A stretch of DNA of 64,000 nucleotides from Eledone cirrhosa (lineage: Eukaryota), in assembly GCA_964016885.1 (NCBI GenBank), contig OZ024744.1, positions 78,616,001 through 78,680,000 on the forward strand. The letters run 5' to 3'. Of this stretch, positions 46,151 through 58,700 are shown in pieces. The notes beneath the pieces were generated by a model. It was not told the origin of the DNA, did not search any database, and was given only the letters and a program-made list of their open reading frames with translations. Each line of letters begins with the position of its first letter. Positions within the stretch are counted from its first letter, which is position 1. The translations under genes and the position numbers were made by a program.

Positions 46151-46766
46151 CCATTCAATCATATACAGTGCGAGTGCTGTTACCTTGACAAAAAGCATGG
46201 TGATAATAATGATGATATTGTACCAACAAAGACCAAATCTGTGTTTTCATTTGCTGCATTCCTGGAAGACCTTTGTTCACTCTATTGTTTTAATACCAAA
46301 ATATTATGTCATTCATCATCATCATCGTTTAATTTCCATCTTCCATGCTAGACTGGGTCGGACATTATTGGCAACAAAAGAAGTTAACTGCTTCAATGAA
46401 TCATCATCATCATTTTACGTCTGCTTTTCCTTCCTTGCAAGGGTTGGCTAAGTCTTATTAAGCACGGCATCTCTCCATTCGTCACGGTCCTTTGTCATCT
46501 CCATGAGTTTCAGCGATCTGTGGTCTGCTCTCACCACCTCTGCCCATGTTTTTCGTGGTCTTCTTCTAATGGGATTTCTTGGCACTTCTTCACCCAGCGG
46601 TCATCCTCCATGCGCATCTTTAGAAGAATGGTATTAGTACAGATATTATTATAACAGTTGTTGTTGAAAGAATAAGAATGGCTGATTTACTTTTTATACA
46701 AAGGTTTACTTCATTGAAGTCAAAATCAACAATAAACATATTACCAATGAGTTACGAAAGTTGTTG

Positions 46767-49700
46767 ATGTTATCTGTGCAGCTGGTTCATGAGGTTGTTA
46801 GTTTGAGAGTTGCTCTTGGCAGGATGTTATCTGTGTAGTTGGTTCATGAGGTTGTTAGTTTGAGAGTTGCTCTTGGCAGGATGTTATCTGTGTAGTTGGT
46901 TCATGAGGTTGTTAGTTTGAGAGTTGCTCTTGGCAGGATGTTATCTGTGTAGTTGGTTCATGAGGTTGTTAGTTTGAGAGTTGCTCTTGGCAGGATGTTA
47001 TCTGTGTAGTTGGTTCATGAGGTTGTTAGTTTGAGAGTTGCTCTTGGCAGGATGTTATCTGTGTAGTTGGTTCATGAGGTTGTTAGTTTGAGAGTTGCTC
47101 TTGGCAGGATGTTATCTGTGTAGCTGGTTCATGAGGTTGTTAGTTTGAGAGTTGCTCTTGGCAGGATGTTATCTGTGTAGTTGGTTCATGAGGTTGTTAG
47201 TTTGAGAGTTGCTCTTGGCAGGATGTTATCTGTGTAACTGGTTCATGAGGTTGTTAGTGAGAGAGTTGCTCTTGGCAGGATGTTATCTGTGTAGTTGGTT
47301 CATGAGGTTGTTAGTTTGAGAGTTGCTCTTGGCAGGATGTTATCTGTGTAGCTGGTTCATGAGGTTGTTAGTGAGAGAGTTGCTCTTGGCAGGATGTTAT
47401 CTGTGTAGCTGGTTCATGAGGTTGTTAGTGAGAGAGTTGCCACTTGGCATGATGTTATCTGTGTAGCTGGTTCATGAGGTTGTTAGTGAGAGAGTTGCTC
47501 TTGGCAGGATGTTATCTGTGTAGTTGGTTCATGAGGTTGGTAGTGAGAGAGTTGCTCTTGGCAGGATGTTATCTGTGTAGTTGGTTCATGAGATTGTTAG
47601 TGAGAGAGTTGCCTCTTGGCAGGATGTTATCTGTGTAGTTGGTTCATGAGGTTGTTAGTTTGAGAGTTGCTCTTGGCAGGATGTTATCTGTGTAGCTGGT
47701 TCATGAGTTTGTTAGTTTGAGAGTTGCTCTTGGCAGGATGTTATCTGTGTAGCTGGTTCATGAGGTTGTTAGTTTGAGAGTTGCTCTTGGCAGGATGTTA
47801 TCTGTGTAGTTGGTTCATGAGGTTGTTAGTTTGAGAGTTGCTCTTGGCAGGATGTTATCTGTGTAGTTGGTTCATGAGGTTGTTAGTGAGAGAGTTGCTC
47901 TTGGCAGGATGTTATCTGTGTAGCTGGTTCATGAGGTTGTTAGTTTGAGAGTTGCTCTTGGCAGGATGTTATCTGTGTAGTTGGTTCATGAGGTTGTTAG
48001 TTTGAGAGTTGCTCTTGGCAGGATGTTATCTGTGTAGTTGGTTCATGAGGTTGTTAGTTTGAGAGTTGCTCTTGGCAGGATGTTATCTGTGTAGTTGGTT
48101 CATGAGGTTGTTAGTTTGAGAGTTGCTCTTGGCAGGATGTTATCTGTGTAGTTGGTTCATGAGGTTGTTAGTTTGAGAGTTGCTCTTGGCAGGATGTTAT
48201 CTGTGCAGCTGGTTCATGAGGTTGTTAGTTTGAGAGTTGCTCTTGGCAGGATGTTATCTGTGCAGCTGGTTCATGAGGTTGTTAGTTTGAGAGTTGCTCT
48301 TGGCAGGATGTTATCTGTGCAGCTGGTTCATGAGGTTGTTAGTTTGAGAGTTGCTCTTGGCAGGATGTTATCTGTGTAGCTGGTTCATGAGGTTGTTAGT
48401 TTGAGAGTTGCTCTTGGCAGGATGTTATCTGTGTAGTTGGTTCATGAGGTTGTTAGTTTGAGAGTTGCAACTTGGCAGGATGTTATCTGTGCAGCTGGTT
48501 CATGAGGTTGTTAGTTTGAGAGTTGCCTCTTGGCAGGATGTTATCTGTGCAGCTGGTTCATGAGGTTGTTAGTTTGAGAGTTGCTCTTGGCAGGATGTTA
48601 TCTGTGTAGTTGGTTCATGAGGTTGTTAGTTTGAGAGTTGCCACTTGGCAGGATGTTATCTGTGCAGCTGGTTCATGAGGTTGTTAGTTTGAGAGTTGCT
48701 CTTGGCAGGATGTTATCTGTGTAGCTGGTTCATGAGGTTGTTAGTGAGAGAGTTGCTCTTGGCATGGTGTTATCTGTGTAGTTGGTTCATGAGGTTGTTA
48801 GTTTGAGAGTTGCTCTTGGCAGGATGTTATCTGTGTAGTTGGTTCATGAGGTTGTTAGTTTGAGAGTTGCCTCTTGGCAGGATGTTATCTGTGTAGTTGG
48901 TTCATGAGGTTGGTAGTGAGAGAGTTGCTCTTGGCAGGATGTTATCTGTGTAGTTGGTTCATGAGGTTGTTAGTTTGAGAGTTGCTCTTGGCAGGATGTT
49001 ATCTGTGTAGTTGGTTCATGAGGTTGTTAGTTTGAGAGTTGCTCTTGGCAGGATGTTATCTGTGTAGTTGGTTCATGAGGTTGTTAGTTTGAGAGTTGCT
49101 CTTGGCAGCATGTTATCTGTGTAGTTGGTTCATGAGGTTGTTAGTGAGAGAGTTGCTCTTGGCAGGATGTTATCTGTGTAGCTGGTTCATGAGGTTGTTA
49201 GTGAGAGAGTTGCCTCTTGGCAGGATGTTATCTGTGTAGCTGGTTCATGAGGCTGTTAGTTTGAGAGTTGCTCTTGGCAGGATGTTATCTGTGTAACTGG
49301 TTCATGAGGTTGTTAGTTTGAGAGTTGCTCTTGGCAGGATGTTATCTGTGTAGTTGGTTCATGAGGTTGTTAGTTTGAGAGTTGCTCTTGGCAGGATGTT
49401 ATCTGTGTAACTGGTTCATGAGGTTGTTAGTTTGAGAGTTGCTCTTGGCAGGATGTTATCTGTGTAACTGGTTCATGAGGTTGTTAGTTTGAGAGTTGCT
49501 CTTGGCAGGATGTTATGTGTGTAGTTGGTTCATGAGGTTGTTAGTGAGAGAGTTGCTCTTGGCAGGATGTTATCTGTGTAGTTGGTTCATGAGGTTGTTA
49601 GTGAGAGAGTTGCTCTTGGCAGGATGTTATCTGTGTAGTTGGTTCATGAGGTTGTTAGTTTGAGAGTTGCTCTTGGCAGGATGTTATCTGTATAGTTGGT

Positions 49701-52700
49701 TCATGAGGTTGTTAGTTTGAGAGTTGCTCTTGGCAGCATGTTATCTGTGTAGTTGGTTCATGAGGTTGTTAGTGAGAGAGTTGCTCTTGGCAGGATGTTA
49801 TCTGTGTAGCTGGTTCATGAGGTTGTTAGTGAGAGAGTTGCCTCTTGGCAGGATGTTATCTGTGTAGCTGGTTCATGAGGCTGTTAGTTTGAGAGTTGCT
49901 CTTGGCAGGATGTTATCTGTGTAACTGGTTCATGAGGTTGTTAGTTTGAGAGTTGCTCTTGGCAGGATGTTATCTGTGTAACTGGTTCATGAGGTTGTTA
50001 GTTTGAGAGTTGCTCTTGGCAGGATGTTATGTGTGTAGTTGGTTCATGAGGTTGTTAGTGAGAGAGTTGCTCTTGGCAGGATGTTATCTGTGTAGTTGGT
50101 TCATGAAGTTGTTAGTGAGAGAGTTGCTCTTGGCAGGATGTTATCTGTGTAGTTGGTTCATGAGGTTGTTAGTTTGAGAGTTGCTCTTGGCAGGATGTTA
50201 TCTGTGTAGTTGGTTCATGAGGTTGTTAGTTTGAGAGTTGCCTCTTGGCAGGATGTTATCTGTGTAGTTGGTTCATGAGGTTGTTAGTTTGAGAGTTGCT
50301 CTTGGCAGGATGTTATCTGTGTAACTGGTTCATGAGGTTGTTAGTTTGAGAGTTGCTCTTGGCAGGATGTTATCTGTGTAGATGGTTCATGAGGTTGTTA
50401 GTGAGAGAGTTGCTCTTGGCAGGATGTTATCTGTGTAGTTGGTTCATGAGGTTGTTAGTTTGAGAGTTGCTCTTGGCAGGATGTTATCTGTGTAGCTGGT
50501 TCATGAGGTTGTTAGTGAGAGAGTTGCTCTTGGCAGGATGTTATCTGTGTAGTTGGTTCATGAGGTTGTTAGTTTGAGAGTTGCTCTTGGCAGGATGTTA
50601 TCTGTGTAGTTGGTTCATGAGTTTGTTAGTTTGAGAGTTGCTCTTGGCAGGATGTTATCTGTGTAGTTGGTTCATGAGGTTGTTAGTTTGAGAGTTGCTC
50701 TTGGCAGCATGTTATCTGTGTAGCTGGTTCATGAGGTTGTTAGTGAGAGAGTTGCTCTTGGCAGGATGTTATCAGTGTAGTTGGTTCATGAGGTTGTTAG
50801 TTTGAGAGTTGCTCTTGGCAGGATGTTATCTGTGTAACTGGTTCATGAAGTTGTTAGTTTGAGAGTTGCCTCTTGGCAGGTTGTTATCTGTGTAGTTGGT
50901 TAATGAGGTTGTTAGTTTGAGAGTTGCTCTTGGCAGGATGTTATCTGTGTAGTTGGTTCATGAGGTTGTTAGTTTGAGAGTTGCTCTTGGCAGGATGTTA
51001 TCTGTGTAGTTGGTTCATGAGGTTGTTAGTTTGAGAGTTGCTCTTGGCAGGATGTTATCTGTGTAGTTGGTTCATGAGGTTGGTAGTGAGAGAGTTGCTA
51101 TTGGCATGGTGTTATCTGTGTAGTTGGTTCATGAGGTTGTTAGTTTCAGAGTTGCCACTTGGCAGGATGTTATCTGTGTAGTTGGTTAATGAGGTTGTTA
51201 GTTTGAGAGTTGCTCTTGGCAGGATGTTATCTGTGTAATTGGTTCATGAGGTTGTTAGTGAGAGAGTTGCTCTTGGCAGGATGTTATCTGTGTAGTTGGT
51301 TCATGAGGTTGTTAGTTTGAGAGTTGCCTCTTGGCATGGTGTTATCTGTGTAGTTGGTTCATGAGGTTGTTAGTTTGAGAGTTGCCACTTGGCAGGATGT
51401 TATCTGTGTAGTTGGTTAATGAGGTTGTTAGTTTGAGAGTTGCTCTTGGCAGGATGTTATCTGTGTAGTTGGTTCATGAGGTTGTTAGTTTGAGAGTTGC
51501 TCTTGGCAGGATGTTATCTGTGTAGTTGGTTCATGAGGTTGTTAGTTTGAGAGTTGCTCTTGGCAGGAAGTTATCTGTGTAATTGGTTCATGAGGTTGTT
51601 AGTGAGAGAGTTGCTCTTGGCAGGGTGTTATCTGTGTAGTTGGTTCATGAGGTTGGTAGTGAGAGAGTTGCTCTTGGCAGGATGTTATCTGTGTAGTTGG
51701 TTCATGAGGTTGTTAGTTTGAGAGTTGCCTCTTGGCAGGAAGTTATCTGTGTAGTTGGTTCATGAGGTTGTTAGTTTGAGAGTTGCCTCTTGGCATGGTG
51801 TTATCTGTGTAGTTGGTTCATGAGGTTGTTAGTGAGAGAGTTGCTTTTGGCAGGATGTTATCTGTGTAACTGGTTCATGAGGTTGTTAGTGAGAGAGTTG
51901 CTTTTGGCAGGATGTTATCTGTGTAGTTGGTTCATGAGGTTGTTAGTTTGAGAGTTGCTCTTGGCAGCATGTTATCTGTGTAGTTGGTTCATGAGGTTGT
52001 TAGTTTGAGAGTTGCTCTTGGCAGGATGTTTTCTGTGTAGTTGGTTCATGAGGTTGCTAGTGAGAGAGTTGCTCTTGGCAGGATGTTATCTGTGTAGTTG
52101 GTTCATGAGGTTGCTAGTGAGAGAGTTGCTCTTGGCATGGTGTTATCTGTGTAGTTGGTTCATGAGGTTGGTAGTGAGAGAGTTCCCTCTTGGCAGGATG
52201 TTATCTGTGTAACTGGTTCATAATGTTGTTAGTGAGAGAGTTGCTCTTGGCAGGATGTTATCTGTGTAGTTGGTTCATGAGGTTGTTAGTTTGAGAGTTG
52301 CTTTTGGCAGGATGTTATCTGTGTAGTTGGTTCATGAGGTTGTTAGTGAGAGAGTTGCTCTTGGCAGGATGTTATCTGTGTAGTTGGTTCATGAGGTTGT
52401 TAGTTTGAGAGTTGCTCTTGGCAGGATGTTATCTGTGTAGTTGGTTCATGAGGTTGTTAGTTTGAGAGTTGCTTTTGGCAGGATGTTATCTGTGTAGTTG
52501 GTTCATGAGGTTGTTAGTGAGAGAGTTGCTCTTGGCAGGATGTTATCTGTGTAGTTGGTTCATGAGGTTGTTAGTTTGAGAGTTGCTCTTGGCAGGATGT
52601 TATCTGTGTAGCTGGTTCATGAGGTTGTTAGTTTGAGAGTTGCTCTTGGCAGGATGTTATCTGTGTAGTTGGTTCATGAGGTTGTTAGTTTGAGAGTTGC

Positions 52701-55700
52701 TCTTGGCAGGATGTTATCTGTGTAGTTGGTTCATGAGGTTGTTAGTGAGAGAGTTGCTCTTGGCAGGATGTTATCTGTGTAGCTGGTTCATGAGGTTGTT
52801 AGTTTGAGAGTTGCTCTTGGCAGGATGTTATCTGTGTAGTTGGTTCATGAGGTTGTTAGTTTGAGAGTTGCTCTTGGCAGGATGTTATCTGTGTAGTTGG
52901 TTCATGAGGTTGTTAGTTTGAGAGTTGCTCTTGGCAGGATGTTATCTGTGTAGTTGGTTCATGAGGTTGTTAGTTTGAGAGTTGCTCTTGGCAGGATGTT
53001 ATCTGTGTAGTTGGTTCATGAGGTTGTTAGTTTGAGAGTTGCTCTTGGCAGGATGTTATCTGTGCAGCTGGTTCATGAGGTTGTTAGTTTGAGAGTTGCT
53101 CTTGGCAGGATGTTATCTGTGCAGCTGGTTCATGAGGTTGTTAGTTTGAGAGTTGCTCTTGGCAGGATGTTATCTGTGCAGCTGGTTCATGAGGTTGTTA
53201 GTTTGAGAGTTGCTCTTGGCAGGATGTTATCTGTGTAGCTGGTTCATGAGGTTGTTAGTTTGAGAGTTGCTCTTGGCAGGATGTTATCTGTGTAGTTGGT
53301 TCATGAGGTTGTTAGTTTGAGAGTTGCCACTTGGCAGGATGTTATCTGTGCAGCTGGTTCATGAGGTTGTTAGTTTGAGAGTTGCCTCTTGGCAGGATGT
53401 TATCTGTGCAGCTGGTTCATGAGGTTGTTAGTTTGAGAGTTGCTCTTGGCAGGATGTTATCTGTGTAGTTGGTTCATGAGGTTGTTAGTTTGAGAGTTGC
53501 CACTTGGCAGGATGTTATCTGTGCAGCTGGTTCATGAGGTTGTTAGTTTGAGAGTTGCTCTTGGCAGGATGTTATCTGTGTAGCTGGTTCATGAGGTTGT
53601 TAGTGAGAGAGTTGCTCTTGGCATGGTGTTATCTGTGTAGTTGGTTCATGAGGTTGTTAGTTTGAGAGTTGCTCTTGGCAGGATGTTATCTGTGTAGTTG
53701 GTTCATGAGGTTGTTAGTTTGAGAGTTGCCTCTTGGCAGGATGTTATCTGTGTAGTTGGTTCATGAGGTTGGTAGTGAGAGAGTTGCTCTTGGCAGGATG
53801 TTATCTGTGTAGTTGGTTCATGAGGTTGTTAGTTTGAGAGTTGCTCTTGGCAGGATGTTATCTGTGTAGTTGGTTCATGAGGTTGTTAGTTTGAGAGTTG
53901 CTCTTGGCAGGATGTTATCTGTGTAGTTGGTTCATGAGGTTGTTAGTTTGAGAGTTGCTCTTGGCAGCATGTTATCTGTGTAGTTGGTTCATGAGGTTGT
54001 TAGTGAGAGAGTTGCTCTTGGCAGGATGTTATCTGTGTAGCTGGTTCATGAGGTTGTTAGTGAGAGAGTTGCCTCTTGGCAGGATGTTATCTGTGTAGCT
54101 GGTTCATGAGGCTGTTAGTTTGAGAGTTGCTCTTGGCAGGATGTTATCTGTGTAACTGGTTCATGAGGTTGTTAGTTTGAGAGTTGCTCTTGGCAGGATG
54201 TTATCTGTGTAGTTGGTTCATGAGGTTGTTAGTTTGAGAGTTGCTCTTGGCAGGATGTTATCTGTGTAACTGGTTCATGAGGTTGTTAGTTTGAGAGTTG
54301 CTCTTGGCAGGATGTTATCTGTGTAACTGGTTCATGAGGTTGTTAGTTTGAGAGTTGCTCTTGGCAGGATGTTATGTGTGTAGTTGGTTCATGAGGTTGT
54401 TAGTGAGAGAGTTGCTCTTGGCAGGATGTTATCTGTGTAGTTGGTTCATGAGGTTGTTAGTGAGAGAGTTGCTCTTGGCAGGATGTTATCTGTGTAGTTG
54501 GTTCATGAGGTTGTTAGTTTGAGAGTTGCTCTTGGCAGGATGTTATCTGTATAGTTGGTTCATGAGGTTGTTAGTTTGAGAGTTGCTCTTGGCAGCATGT
54601 TATCTGTGTAGTTGGTTCATGAGGTTGTTAGTGAGAGAGTTGCTCTTGGCAGGATGTTATCTGTGTAGCTGGTTCATGAGGTTGTTAGTGAGAGAGTTGC
54701 CTCTTGGCAGGATGTTATCTGTGTAGCTGGTTCATGAGGCTGTTAGTTTGAGAGTTGCTCTTGGCAGGATGTTATCTGTGTAACTGGTTCATGAGGTTGT
54801 TAGTTTGAGAGTTGCTCTTGGCAGGATGTTATCTGTGTAACTGGTTCATGAGGTTGTTAGTTTGAGAGTTGCTCTTGGCAGGATGTTATGTGTGTAGTTG
54901 GTTCATGAGGTTGTTAGTGAGAGAGTTGCTCTTGGCAGGATGTTATCTGTGTAGTTGGTTCATGAAGTTGTTAGTGAGAGAGTTGCTCTTGGCAGGATGT
55001 TATCTGTGTAGTTGGTTCATGAGGTTGTTAGTTTGAGAGTTGCTCTTGGCAGGATGTTATCTGTGTAGTTGGTTCATGAGGTTGTTAGTTTGAGAGTTGC
55101 CTCTTGGCAGGATGTTATCTGTGTAGTTGGTTCATGAGGTTGTTAGTTTGAGAGTTGCTCTTGGCAGGATGTTATCTGTGTAACTGGTTCATGAGGTTGT
55201 TAGTTTGAGAGTTGCTCTTGGCAGGATGTTATCTGTGTAGATGGTTCATGAGGTTGTTAGTGAGAGAGTTGCTCTTGGCAGGATGTTATCTGTGTAGTTG
55301 GTTCATGAGGTTGTTAGTTTGAGAGTTGCTCTTGGCAGGATGTTATCTGTGTAGCTGGTTCATGAGGTTGTTAGTGAGAGAGTTGCTCTTGGCAGGATGT
55401 TATCTGTGTAGTTGGTTCATGAGGTTGTTAGTTTGAGAGTTGCTCTTGGCAGGATGTTATCTGTGTAGTTGGTTCATGAGTTTGTTAGTTTGAGAGTTGC
55501 TCTTGGCAGGATGTTATCTGTGTAACTGGTTCATGAGGTTGTTAGTTTGAGAGTTGCTCTTGGCAGCATGTTATCTGTGTAGCTGGTTCATGAGGTTGTT
55601 AGTGAGAGAGTTGCTCTTGGCAGGATGTTATCTGTGTAGTTGGTTCATGAGGTTGTTAGTTTGAGAGTTGCTCTTGGCAGGATGTTATCTGTGTAACTGG

Positions 55701-58700
55701 TTCATGAAGTTGTTAGTTTGAGAGTTGCCTCTTGGCAGGTTGTTATCTGTGTAGTTGTTTAATGAGGTTGTTAGTTTGAGAGTTGCTCTTGGCAGGATGT
55801 TATCTGTGTAGTTGGTTCATGAGGTTGTTAGTTTGAGAGTTGCTCTTGGCAGGATGTTATCTGTGTAGTTGGTTCATGAGGTTGTTAGTTTGAGAGTTGC
55901 TCTTGGCAGGATGTTATCTGTGTAGTTGGTTCATGAGGTTGGTAGTGAGAGAGTTGCTATTGGCATGGTGTTATCTGTGTAGTTGGTTCATGAGGTTGTT
56001 AGTTTCAGAGTTGCCTCTTGGCATGGTGTTATCTGTGTAGTTGGTTCATGAGGTTGTTAGTTTGAGAGTTGCCACTTGGCAGGATGTTATCTGTGTAGTT
56101 GGTTAATGAGGTTGTTAGTTTGAGAGTTGCTCTTGGCAGGATGTTATCTGTGTAATTGGTTCATGAGGTTGTTAGTGAGAGAGTTGCTCTTGGCAGGATG
56201 TTATCTGTGTAGTTGGTTCATGAGGTTGTTAGTTTGAGAGTTGCCTCTTGGCATGGTGTTATCTGTGTAGTTGGTTCATGAGGTTGTTAGTTTGAGAGTT
56301 GCCACTTGGCAGGATGTTATCTGTGTAGTTGGTTAATGAGGTTGTTAGTTTGAGAGTTGCTCTTGGCAGGATGTTATCTGTGTAGTTGGTTCATGAGGTT
56401 GTTAGTTTGAGAGTTGCTCTTGGCAGGATGTTATCTGTGTAGTTGGTTCATGAGGTTGTTAGTTTGAGAGTTGCTCTTGGCAGGAAGTTATCTGTGTAAT
56501 TGGTTCATGAGGTTGTTAGTGAGAGAGTTGCTCTTGGCAGGGTGTTATCTGTGTAGTTGGTTCATGAGGTTGGTAGTGAGAGAGTTGCTCTTGGCAGGAT
56601 GTTATCTGTGTAGTTGGTTCATGAGGTTGTTAGTTTGAGAGTTGCCTCTTGGCAGGAAGTTATCTGTGTAGTTGGTTCATGAGGTTGTTAGTTTGAGAGT
56701 TGCCTCTTGGCATGGTGTTATCTGTGTAGTTGGTTCATGAGGTTGTTAGTGAGAGAGTTGCTTTTGGCAGGATGTTATCTGTGTAACTGGTTCATGAGGT
56801 TGTTAGTGAGAGAGTTGCTTTTGGCAGGATGTTATCTGTGTAGTTGGTTAATGAGGTTGTTAGTTTGAGAGTTGCTCTTGGCAGCATGTTATCTGTGTAG
56901 TTGGTTCATGAGGTTGTTAGTTTGAGAGTTGCTCTTGGCAGGATGTTATCTGTGTAGTTGGTTCATGAGGTTGCTAGTGAGAGAGTTGCTCTTGGCAGGA
57001 TGTTATCTGTGTAGTTGGTTCATGAGGTTGCTAGTGAGAGAGTTGCTCTTGGCATGGTGTTATCTGTGTAGTTGGTTCATGAGGTTGGTAGTGAGAGAGT
57101 TGCCTCTTGGCAGGATGTTATCTGTGTAACTGGTTCATAAGGTTGTTAGTGAGAGAGTTGCTCTTGGCAGGATGTTATCTGTGTAGTTGGTTCATGAGGT
57201 TGTTAGTTTGAGAGTTGCTTTTGGCAGGATGTTATCTGTGTAGTTGGTTCATGAGGTTGTTAGTGAGAGAGTTGCTCTTGGCAGGATGTTATCTGTGTAG
57301 TTGGTTCATGAGGTTGTTAGTTTGAGAGTTGCTCTTGGCAGGATGTTATCTGTGTAGTTGGTTCATGAGGTTGTTAGTTTGAGAGTTGCTCTTGGCAGGA
57401 TGTTATCTGTGTAGTTGGTTCATGAGGTTGTTAGTTTGAGAGTTGCTCTTGGCAGGAAGTTATCTGTGTAATTGGTTCATGAGGTTGTTAGTGAGAGAGT
57501 TGCTCTTGGCAGGGTGTTATCTGTGTAGTTGGTTCATGAGGTTGGTAGTGAGAGAGTTGCTCTTGGCAGGATGTTATCTGTGTAGTTGGTTCATGAGGTT
57601 GTTAGTTTGAGAGTTGCCTCTTGGCAGGAAGTTATCTGTGTAGTTGGTTCATGAGGTTGTTAGTTTGAGAGTTGCCTCTTGGCATGGTGTTATCTGTGTA
57701 GTTGGTTCATGAGGTTGTTAGTGAGAGAGTTGCTTTTGGCAGGATGTTATCTGTGTAACTGGTTCATGAGGTTGTTAGTGAGAGAGTTGCTTTTGGCAGG
57801 ATGTTATCTGTGTAGTTGGTTCATGAGGTTGTTAGTTTGAGAGTTGCTCTTGGCAGCATGTTATCTGTGTAGTTGGTTCATGAGGTTGTTAGTTTGAGAG
57901 TTGCTCTTGGCAGGATGTTTTCTGTGTAGTTGGTTCATGAGGTTGCTAGTGAGAGAGTTGCTCTTGGCAGGATGTTATCTGTGTAGTTGGTTCATGAGGT
58001 TGCTAGTGAGAGAGTTGCTCTTGGCATGGTGTTATCTGTGTAGTTGGTTCATGAGGTTGGTAGTGAGAGAGTTCCCTCTTGGCAGGATGTTATCTGTGTA
58101 ACTGGTTCATAATGTTGTTAGTGAGAGAGTTGCTCTTGGCAGGATGTTATCTGTGTAGTTGGTTCATGAGGTTGTTAGTTTGAGAGTTGCTTTTGGCAGG
58201 ATGTTATCTGTGTAGTTGGTTCATGAGGTTGTTAGTGAGAGAGTTGCTCTTGGCAGGATGTTATCTGTGTAGTTGGTTCATGAGGTTGTTAGTTTGAGAG
58301 TTGCTCTTGGCAGGATGTTATCTGTGTAGTTGGTTCATGAGGTTGTTAGTTTGAGAGTTGCTTTTGGCAGGATGTTATCTGTGTAGTTGGTTCATGAGGT
58401 TGTTAGTGAGAGAGTTGCTCTTGGCAGGATGTTATCTGTGTAGTTGGTTCATGAGGTTGTTAGTTTGAGAGTTGCTCTTGGCAGGATGTTATCTGTGTAG
58501 TTGGTTCATGAGGTTGTTAGTTTGAGAGTTGCTTTTGGCAGGATGTTATCTGTGTAGTTGGTTCATGAGGTTGTTAGTTTGAGAGTTGCTCTTGGCAGGA
58601 TGTTATCTGTGTAGTTGGTTCATGAGGTTGTTAGTTTGAGAGTTGCTTTTGGCAGGATGTTATCTGTGTAGTTGGTTCATGAGGTTGTTAGTGAGAGAGT